Shown here: in pieces, positions 1 through 6,755 of the stretch
Numbering within the stretch: the first letter of the stretch is position 1
Layout: the number at the start of each line of letters is the position of its first letter
DNA from: an uncultured Gammaproteobacteria bacterium
GTDB lineage: Bacteria > Patescibacteriota > Microgenomatia > Levybacterales > GWA1-39-11
DNA: 64,000 nucleotides
Reading direction: 5' to 3'
Assembly: GCA_964531275.1 (NCBI GenBank)
Contig: CAZHDZ010000001.1
Span: 68,882 to 132,881, forward strand
Translations under genes and position numbers: made by a program
Notes under the pieces: generated by a model
Databases searched by the model: none
What the model was told of the DNA's origin: nothing
What the model saw: only the letters and a program-made list of their open reading frames with translations

Positions 1-5
1 GAGAT

Positions 6-194
6 ATGCTCAATGAGCGTTTATTTAAGTGGAGTAAGTTCTTGGTTGGTGGTACAGCAGTAGGGATTGCTGCCGCTGCACTTTATCCAGTTTCTGTTCC
101 TCTGGGTATAACAGTTGGAGTTGGGGGTGCTGCCATGGAAGGGGTAGGATACTTTGGAATCGTTGGAAATGTTCTTAAAAGATTTAAAAATTGA
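6..194 (+). CDS. small hydrophobic/Gly-rich hypothetical protein, possibly truncated by the window edge
   Basis: ORF open to the left edge; Gly/Ala/Val-rich hydrophobic segments; 6 nt before the next ORF. Confidence 0.5.
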   Translation: MLNERLFKWSKFLVGGTAVGIAAAALYPVSVPLGITVGVGGAAMEGVGYFGIVGNVLKRFKN

Positions 195-200
195 ATCACT

Positions 201-530
201 ATGCAACAAACTGATAAAGATCTTCTTCTTAAAATTCTTGATATTATAGACTACTCAAATGACAAAGCTGTGTTTGTTGATAAATTTTCGGAACTAAATA
301 GACAAGAAGCTTTACTTAATTTACTTGAAAGACTTCCTAAGGATGTGCAAGAAAAAATGAGCAGTAGTGAAGATATTGCAGAGGTTAGAAAAGTAATAAG
401 TAGCGAGAGTTATGCCCTCGAACTAGCAACAGTTTCTGCAGAGGCCCTTGGAAGCTTAATAAATAATGTGACTCCTACGTTAAGCGATGATCAAAGAAAT
501 CAAATTACCGCTCTCATAAATCCTCAATAG
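201..530 (+). CDS. hypothetical protein
   Basis: 109-aa acidic, helical-looking ORF; no recognised motif. Confidence 0.6.
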   Translation: MQQTDKDLLLKILDIIDYSNDKAVFVDKFSELNRQEALLNLLERLPKDVQEKMSSSEDIAEVRKVISSESYALELATVSAEALGSLINNVTPTLSDDQRNQITALINPQ

Positions 531-555
531 AATTACAAATTGGAGCCAGAACTAA

Positions 556-939
556 CTATAGATGATCTTCAGTGTCTGCTTCTGCTTCTTCTTTTGTCTT
601 ATGTATGGTTCCATCTCTGTGGTGAGACGGGGAATAAACTGTGTATAGCTTTAATTCTGTGGTTGATGATGTATTTATTACATTATGTTCTGTGCCTGCA
701 GGAACTACAATTGCGCTTCCGTCTTTTATTGACTGTTCTTCGCCATTCATGATAACTTTTCCCTCTCCTTTTTCGATTCTCAGAAATTGATCGGTTGTTG
801 GGTGGACTTCCATTCCTATTTCTTCATTCGGAAGGAGCGACATGAGTACGAGTTGTGCGTGTTGACCAGTGTAAACAACTTTTCTAAAGTTATCATTGGA
901 AAGAGTGATATCTTCTATGTTGCCGACAAAACCTGACAT
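556..939 (-). CDS. cupin domain protein
   Basis: NFRKVVYTG, EVHPTTDQF and VPAGTEHNV cupin motifs; ATG at 939 lies 12 nt from a TATACT at 946-951; paralog at 45560-45934. Confidence 0.9.
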   Translation of the reverse strand: MSGFVGNIEDITLSNDNFRKVVYTGQHAQLVLMSLLPNEEIGMEVHPTTDQFLRIEKGEGKVIMNGEEQSIKDGSAIVVPAGTEHNVINTSSTTELKLYTVYSPSHHRDGTIHKTKEEAEADTEDHL

Positions 940-975
940 AGTCCTAGTATACACCGACAAGATGCATATTCATAC

Positions 976-1013
976 AAAAAAAGAGGAGTCTAACTAATAG
1001 AGCTACCTCTTTT
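976..1013 (-). terminator. probable intrinsic terminator of the ArsR-YciI operon
   Basis: AAAAGAGG...CCTCTTTT inverted repeat followed by a T-run on the minus strand. Confidence 0.5.
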
Positions 1014-1064
1014 AATGTACGAAAACGTTTACATAGGCACCGTATCTGCTGCCTTGCAAGGGAA

Positions 1065-1355
1065 TTACATTGGCATTGCTTCGTAGACCTTAACACTTGT
1101 TATTATTGGACAGTCTTTCAAAAGTCCTTCAACCTCTTCCATGCTAGATGCATTAATAATTGTGTAGCCAGCAATTGCTTGAGGGCCAAATGGCAATACT
1201 TTAGAATCTGATTTTGTTACTTCGTGTCCTTCCCCAAAGGGATTTCCACTATCAACAACTCTTTCTCCAAGTACTTCAAACCACTTAGTCCATCCTGTCA
1301 TGATCTCAGAAGACATCTCAGATGTCCCCACATATAAAAGTACAAATTTTTTCAT
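1065..1355 (-). CDS. YciI-like (DGPF-type) dimeric alpha-beta barrel protein
   Basis: MKKFVLLY start, W..WF, DSGNPF, GYTIINASSMEE pattern; AAGGAGGTGG SD upstream. Confidence 0.75.
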   Translation of the reverse strand: MKKFVLLYVGTSEMSSEIMTGWTKWFEVLGERVVDSGNPFGEGHEVTKSDSKVLPFGPQAIAGYTIINASSMEEVEGLLKDCPIITSVKVYEAMPM

Positions 1356-1357
1356 AT

Positions 1358-1720
1358 TTATTTAATTCCACCTCCTTTCTTCTTTTCTTTCGAAACAAAT
1401 TCTAAGTAATTTTCAAATGAATCACTATCATTGCCCCAATATGCGTGATACTGCATTAGCCAGTCCTGAAGCTTTAGTACTGTCTTTTTATTAAGTGCCA
1501 GGAAATTAACTCTACCAACTTTTTTTGTTAGGATGAGATTTGATTCTTCAAGAATTCTTATATGTTTGTGGATTGCCGGGAGAGAAAGATTTCGTTGAGT
1601 TGCGAGACTACTTATAGAGTGGGGTTGAAGACCTAATGCGTAAATAATTTCACGTCGATGTTTATTGCCAAGCGCTTGAAAGATTAGGTCAAGATCAGAT
1701 GTTTCTTTTAAAGTAGACAT
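1358..1720 (-). CDS. ArsR/SmtB family transcriptional regulator
   Basis: FQALGNKHRREII...SLPAIHKHIRILEESNLI...KVGR winged HTH. Confidence 0.9.
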   Translation of the reverse strand: MSTLKETSDLDLIFQALGNKHRREIIYALGLQPHSISSLATQRNLSLPAIHKHIRILEESNLILTKKVGRVNFLALNKKTVLKLQDWLMQYHAYWGNDSDSFENYLEFVSKEKKKGGGIK

Positions 1721-1725
1721 AATGG

Positions 1726-1741
1726 TTAACTAATAAGTTAA
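1726..1741. promoter_or_regulatory. palindromic operator between the divergent arsR-like and SRPBCC genes
   Basis: TTAACT-aata-AGTTAA perfect 6-bp inverted repeat directly upstream of the ArsR start. Confidence 0.55.
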
Positions 1742-1791
1742 GTATACTGTAATTTTAAATTAAGTCAAGAATGTGGTACTATAATTTTGAA

Positions 1792-2208
1792 ATGGACAAA
1801 TCCCCTATAACGATTGAAACAGAAATTAAAGCTCCTATTCAAAAGGTATGGAAATACTGGAATGAGCCTTCCCATATCGAGAAATGGGCTTTTGCAGCAG
1901 AGGATTGGGAGGCAAGTGGAGCAGAGAATGATTTAAGGGTCGGAGGTACATTCAAAACAACTATGTCTGCAAAAGATAAAAGTGCCAGTTTTGATTTTGG
2001 CGGAGTGTATAATTCAGTCATAGAAAATGAGCTTATCGAATATGATATGGATGATAGCCGTCACGTATCTGTAAAATTTAGTCAAACGGCAGATGGCACA
2101 AAGATAATTCAGACCTTTGATCCTGAAAATGAGAATCCGGAAGAATTGCAAAAAAGCGGTTGGCAGTCAATTCTTAATAACTTCAAGAACTACGCAGAGA
2201 ACAACTAG
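1792..2208 (+). CDS. SRPBCC/AHSA1 (START-like) domain protein
   Basis: IKAPIQKVWKYWNEP, DLRVGGTF, GWQSILNNFKNY; ATG 1792 is 12 nt from TATAAT at 1780. Confidence 0.9.
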   Translation: MDKSPITIETEIKAPIQKVWKYWNEPSHIEKWAFAAEDWEASGAENDLRVGGTFKTTMSAKDKSASFDFGGVYNSVIENELIEYDMDDSRHVSVKFSQTADGTKIIQTFDPENENPEELQKSGWQSILNNFKNYAENN

Positions 2209-2232
2209 AGAGTCATTTGTTATACTCTTTGA

Positions 2233-2802
2233 GTGAACATAATATTTATTAGACATTCGAAATCTCTTGTAAATCCAGATGTCCCGATTGCAACATGGGC
2301 ACTTTCGGATGAAGGAGTAGATTTAGCAAAAAAATTGAAAAAAGTCCTTGGTGTCAAATCCATCGAAGTTATTTATTCAAGTCTTCAACCGAAAGCCTTA
2401 GAGACCGCAATCTTAGCAACTAAAGATTTAGGTATACCAATACGTACCCACAAAGACTTAACAGAATCTACATCGTTTACTAATAAATTTGTTAACCTCC
2501 AACAACTAGAGGAGAATACAAGAGAGTATTACAAGAATCCTGATCTTAGTATTAATAATGGTGAAACTTCAAAAGAAGCAGTATTACGTTTTAATACAGC
2601 TATAAATGAAATTGTGAGAATAGAAAAGGGAAGGAAGGTTATTGGAATCGTTAGCCACGGCAGTATTCTTGCAGATTTTTCTGCGCAATACTTTGATAAA
2701 TCTGCATATGAAATAGTACATAAAATGGGACAGCCAGATATTGCTGAATTTAATTTTGAAAAAAAGGAATTTGCAAAGTTCTTCGGGGAAATAAGCTTTT
2801 AA
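2233..2802 (+). CDS. histidine phosphatase (phosphoglycerate mutase-like) family protein
   Basis: IFIRHS, YSS, GET and IVSHG motifs. Confidence 0.85.
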   Translation: MNIIFIRHSKSLVNPDVPIATWALSDEGVDLAKKLKKVLGVKSIEVIYSSLQPKALETAILATKDLGIPIRTHKDLTESTSFTNKFVNLQQLEENTREYYKNPDLSINNGETSKEAVLRFNTAINEIVRIEKGRKVIGIVSHGSILADFSAQYFDKSAYEIVHKMGQPDIAEFNFEKKEFAKFFGEISF

Positions 2803-3656
2803 GGAATTAGGATATTGTTGTCGTAAATATAATTTCCAATCTCCTCTCCGATAAAAGTTATGCCAAGAACGGATGGATGTATATCGTCGGTTGGATTAAT
2901 ATATTTGGTGTTTCCATCTCCATTTTCCGTAAGGGTCTTCTCATATATATTTAAAAGTGGAATATTATGTTTTTTTGCATATTCATTGTGATTCTTCAGG
3001 TATGCAACTCGTTCTTCAGCTTGTTTCTTTCTGTCTTCTAAAGTATTTGTTTTTTGTGTTGATGCCCCAAAGGTTGCAATATTTGGAGCGATAGTTGTGA
3101 TGAATATGATTACTGAGCTTGATTTTTCTTGAGTTAGTTTTGTCATAAGACTATCGAGTGCTTCATTCTGTTTTTTGATCCCCTCATCGATCCCAAATTC
3201 TGAAAGTGGATTATATCCAAAAGACTCAATTAGAATTACATCATAGCTCTCGGCAATAAGTGGACCAAAAATATATTCACTTCTTGTTACTCTTTTATCA
3301 ATTTGTTCACCTACGGAAAGAATATTGCTTGACACAGCATAATTATCAATAATTATCCGTTGAGTAGTTGCGCTGCTTTTATACTTTTCATTCATGAACT
3401 CACTCATGCCTCCTCCATGAGGACCAAGTGCAGCAGTCATTGAATCTCCAATCATCGCAATTTTATATACATCTTTTTGTGGTACCTTATATTGATTGTA
3501 GTTGCTAAAAATATATGGAGTTGGAGTAATAATTTTTTTTGTTTGGATTGGTGGTGAAAGAGTCTCTACTACCTCCGGCTTAATTAAATAAAAGAACAAA
3601 GGAATTGCTAATAGAACAAGCGTATAAAAGAAAAGGATGATTACGTTTTTTCTCAT
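2799..3656 (-). CDS. membrane-anchored SGNH/GDSL hydrolase
   Basis: N-terminal TM; IGDSMT block I, GYN block III, DDIHP block V. Confidence 0.85.
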   Translation of the reverse strand: MRKNVIILFFYTLVLLAIPLFFYLIKPEVVETLSPPIQTKKIITPTPYIFSNYNQYKVPQKDVYKIAMIGDSMTAALGPHGGGMSEFMNEKYKSSATTQRIIIDNYAVSSNILSVGEQIDKRVTRSEYIFGPLIAESYDVILIESFGYNPLSEFGIDEGIKKQNEALDSLMTKLTQEKSSSVIIFITTIAPNIATFGASTQKTNTLEDRKKQAEERVAYLKNHNEYAKKHNIPLLNIYEKTLTENGDGNTKYINPTDDIHPSVLGITFIGEEIGNYIYDNNILIP

Positions 3657-3726
3657 ATCAGAAGTATACCACTCAAGATTGATCTAGATTTTGAATCAAC
3701 CATTCTATGATAGAATTTAAGCATTC

Positions 3727-4299
3727 ATGGAAATTATCTTAAGAGGTCTTGCGATACTTCTTATAGTAGGAAGAATATTATACTGGCTTGTAACTGAAAA
3801 AAGAGCAAATTTAATAAAGCCCAAGCTTAAAAAAGCTACATTCACTGAACACTTTCGAAGACTAGCTTCAACTATAGCTGCTGTGATTATTGTATTGCAA
3901 CTATTTGGGCTACATCTTTTTCCTTTTCCAATAAGCCCTGCATTGCTGTTGACCGGGATGGGACTTTTATTAACCGGCACAATTATAATGGTTGTTGCGA
4001 GAATCGAGTTAGGTAACAACTGGACGCATGCAGCTGATTATCAAATCAGGAAGAATCAAGACTTAGTTACAACTGGCATATATAGCTACATTCGTAATCC
4101 TATCTACTCTGGTGCACTGTTAGTATTTATAGGTGCAGAACTTATTGCTGGCAGCTTTTTAGTGATTCTTTGTGTGCCTATATTTATAGGAGGATATATT
4201 CAAGCAAAAAGAGAAGAAAGGATACTCGAAAGACAGTTTGGCAAAAATTACGAAAAGTATAAGAAAAATTCCAAAATGTTCTTTCCATATATCATCTGA
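3727..4299 (+). CDS. isoprenylcysteine carboxyl methyltransferase (ICMT/PEMT/Ste14) family membrane protein
   Basis: LGNNW, LVTTGIYSYIRNPIYSG, REERIL...FG..YEKYKK motifs; multiple TMs. Confidence 0.88.
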   Translation: MEIILRGLAILLIVGRILYWLVTEKRANLIKPKLKKATFTEHFRRLASTIAAVIIVLQLFGLHLFPFPISPALLLTGMGLLLTGTIIMVVARIELGNNWTHAADYQIRKNQDLVTTGIYSYIRNPIYSGALLVFIGAELIAGSFLVILCVPIFIGGYIQAKREERILERQFGKNYEKYKKNSKMFFPYII

Positions 4300-4379
4300 G
4301 GGAGGAGTTGGGCGGTTTTTATAAAAAAGTTAGTAATTTCTAAGAAAAATTGAAATTCCAAGGTTTCCTTAAGAAAAAG

Positions 4380-4396
4380 TTAATAATTATTTAATA
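4380..4396 (+). promoter_or_regulatory. putative OmpR/PhoB-type direct-repeat box upstream of the response regulator
   Basis: TTAATAATTATTTAATA (11-bp period), identical to 6709-6725; TAnnnT -10 candidate at 4406-4411. Confidence 0.6.
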
Positions 4397-4421
4397 ATTC
4401 TATTCTATTTTAAGACAACAC

Positions 4422-5090
4422 ATGAAGATCCTTTTGATAGATGATGACCTCCAAATGGCATCAACAATAAAAGATCTGCTCTCCGTTTTCTTTACGGTTG
4501 AGATTTGTTCTGGTGCCACAGATGGGGAGTCGATTATTTATTCCAATGAGTATGATCTTGTTATCCTCGATATTTTGCTAGGTGATGGAAATGGTATTGA
4601 GATATGTAGAAAAATTCGAGAAAACAACTATACCATGCCGATTTTAGTACTAACAGGAAAAATAGAAATTGAATATAAAGTAAGAGCTCTCAACTGCGGC
4701 GCCGATGACTACCTTACAAAGCCTTTTAATACTGAAGAGCTTATAGCAAGAATAAGAGCATTATTACGAAGACAACGAAGCGGATTTGTAACGAATACAT
4801 TAACAATAGGTGACCTAACTTTGGATTTAGAAAAAAGAAAAGTTATACGGGGTAAGAATGTAATTCCTCTAAGACGAAAAGAATTTAGTCTACTTGAGTA
4901 TCTCATACGAAATGCCGGTCGGGTCATGACGAGAGATATGATTCTCGATCATTTATGGGATAGCGATACCGACTCGTTAACAAATCTTGTTGATGTTCAT
5001 ATCAAATATCTTCGAGACCAACTCGACAAGCCCTATAGAAAAAAAATGATAAAAACTGTACACGGTATAGGATACAAAATTGAAGCTTGA
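4422..5090 (+). CDS. OmpR/PhoB family response regulator
   Basis: ILLIDDD, LVILDILL (phospho-Asp), GADDYLTKPF; C-terminal wHTH VDVHIKYLRDQL...KTVHGIGY. Confidence 0.97.
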   Translation: MKILLIDDDLQMASTIKDLLSVFFTVEICSGATDGESIIYSNEYDLVILDILLGDGNGIEICRKIRENNYTMPILVLTGKIEIEYKVRALNCGADDYLTKPFNTEELIARIRALLRRQRSGFVTNTLTIGDLTLDLEKRKVIRGKNVIPLRRKEFSLLEYLIRNAGRVMTRDMILDHLWDSDTDSLTNLVDVHIKYLRDQLDKPYRKKMIKTVHGIGYKIEA

Positions 5091-5127
5091 TCTTTAGGCC
5101 AAGAATAAAAGAAAGGAGGTGATTGCC

Positions 5128-5241
5128 ATGAACGCTTTTCTTATTGAAGTCTTAACAAAAAAATCGTCAAGAAAAAAGTCAAATTTAAAGAAAGCAGCAC
5201 TTGCAAGTACTGCTGATACTTTAGTTTGGACTGTTGCTTGA
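5128..5241 (+). CDS. unannotated 37-aa peptide MNAFLIEVLTKKSSRKKSNLKKAALASTADTLVWTVA; candidate ComX-like pheromone/RiPP precursor
   Basis: AAAGGAGGTGA SD at 5112-5122, 5 nt before ATG; fills the RR-HK gap; single Trp 4th from the C-terminus. Confidence 0.8.
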   Translation: MNAFLIEVLTKKSSRKKSNLKKAALASTADTLVWTVA

Positions 5242-5304
5242 ACAAAGTAATGTAAGAATGGATATAATAAGCACATTGTTTCTAGGAAAATTTATTTTTC
5301 TAAG

Positions 5305-6687
5305 ATGTGGAAATTATTTATAGCCCATTTTATTGTCTCGGGCAGCAAGGATAGGGATAGGGCAAGAAGAGAGTTTATTCTTAATATAATTCTCTTTGCG
5401 TTGCTTGTTCTATCGACTACTGCCCTGACTTTTAACTTCTTACAACCGTTGTTATATCCGGCAAGCCGAGGTGGTGAATCAACTGTTGTTGTAGGTATCT
5501 TCTTCTCATTTATCGCATTCTTATATTTGCTATCCAGAGTGGGCAGAGGAAGATTGTCTACATATATCTTGTTGCTATCCTTGTTGGCAATCGCAATATA
5601 CAGGACTCATTACTGGGGTGCGGATACTGCCGTGATGTTATTGCTATTTGCTCTCATCATAACAATGGCAGGAGTACTTCTGGATAGCAAGCATGCTTTT
5701 GTTTTTACTGTTATAAGTGCAATTAGTATATTGAGCTTTACTTATATGGAGGCTAATAAGTTGTATACGCCTCAAAATTATTGGAAACAGGATCCTGTTA
5801 AATTATCTGATACATTCGTTAATGCGATCATCCTTCTTATAATCTCAACAATAACGTGGTTATTTAATAGGGATCTTCAAAAAGCATTAAGGCGCGCCAG
5901 AAGATCTGAAAAAGCGCTTAAGAAAGAAAGAGATAGGTTAGAAATTACCGTCGAAAAAAGAACGGCTGAATTAAAAGCAGTTCAGACCGAAAAAATTGCA
6001 CAGTTGTATCGGTTTGCGGAATTCGGAAGACTTTCCTCTGGTCTTTTTCACGACTTGGTAAATCCTCTTACTATTGTTTCGCTTAATCTAAGGAGTATCT
6101 CAAGTAGCCAGAAAGATATGAAGGAATTAACAGATATGCGCGTTGCATTGGAAAGAGCTATTGAAGGTACAAGACGTCTTGAAGGATTTGTGGAGGCAGC
6201 AAGAAAACAAATACAGAATAGAGATGTTAATGTAAAATTTTCATTAATTAAAGAAACCAACCAAAGTCTCCAAATGCTTGATTATAAGGCAAAAGAGGAA
6301 AAGGTAAAAATATATTTTGAATCCGAAAAGGATATTGCAATTATTGGTAACCCATTCAAATATAGCCAACTAGTTCTGAATCTAGTGTCTAATGCAATAG
6401 ACGCTTATCAAGGATCCAGAAAGAAAAACCGTGCAGTTACCATCAAGCTAGTTAAAGTCGAGAACATCATTAAGCTTTCCATACAAGATTTTGGAAGTGG
6501 TATAGAGAAACAGAATTTAGATAAAATTTTTGATCCTCTTTTTACAACAAAAAGTTTTACAAGAGGTACAGGTATTGGACTTTCAATATCAAAGGAAATT
6601 GTTGAAAGTGGATTATGCGGCAATATTCATGTAGTAAGTTCTAAAGTAGATGGAACTATATTTACTGTCTCATTCCCAGAAGCATGA
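5305..6687 (+). CDS. multi-TM sensor histidine kinase (HisKA + HATPase_c)
   Basis: about 6 N-terminal TMs; FHDLVNPL H-box, NLVSNAIDA N-box, DFGSGI, FTTK, GTGIGL. Confidence 0.96.
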   Translation: MWKLFIAHFIVSGSKDRDRARREFILNIILFALLVLSTTALTFNFLQPLLYPASRGGESTVVVGIFFSFIAFLYLLSRVGRGRLSTYILLLSLLAIAIYRTHYWGADTAVMLLLFALIITMAGVLLDSKHAFVFTVISAISILSFTYMEANKLYTPQNYWKQDPVKLSDTFVNAIILLIISTITWLFNRDLQKALRRARRSEKALKKERDRLEITVEKRTAELKAVQTEKIAQLYRFAEFGRLSSGLFHDLVNPLTIVSLNLRSISSSQKDMKELTDMRVALERAIEGTRRLEGFVEAARKQIQNRDVNVKFSLIKETNQSLQMLDYKAKEEKVKIYFESEKDIAIIGNPFKYSQLVLNLVSNAIDAYQGSRKKNRAVTIKLVKVENIIKLSIQDFGSGIEKQNLDKIFDPLFTTKSFTRGTGIGLSISKEIVESGLCGNIHVVSSKVDGTIFTVSFPEA

Positions 6688-6708
6688 GGCGGGGTGGGAG
6701 GAAGACAT

Positions 6709-6725
6709 TTAATAATTATTTAATA
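6709..6725 (+). promoter_or_regulatory. second copy of the putative OmpR-type box, upstream of the terpene cyclase/prenyltransferase
   Basis: TTAATAATTATTTAATA identical to 4380-4396; TAGTAT -10 candidate at 6735-6740, same offset. Confidence 0.6.
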
Positions 6726-6755
6726 TTCAAGCGTTAGTATAGGTACTTAATCCCC

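Noticed and set aside
556-939. Cupin duplication (with 45560-45934) as evidence of recent mobility
   Set aside because: The proteins are clearly diverged paralogs of a common family, with no flanking repeats.
5094-5276. 60-aa minus-strand ORF in the RR-HK gap
   Set aside because: Antisense shadow; the plus-strand 37-aa ORF has a perfect SD and matches the operon direction.
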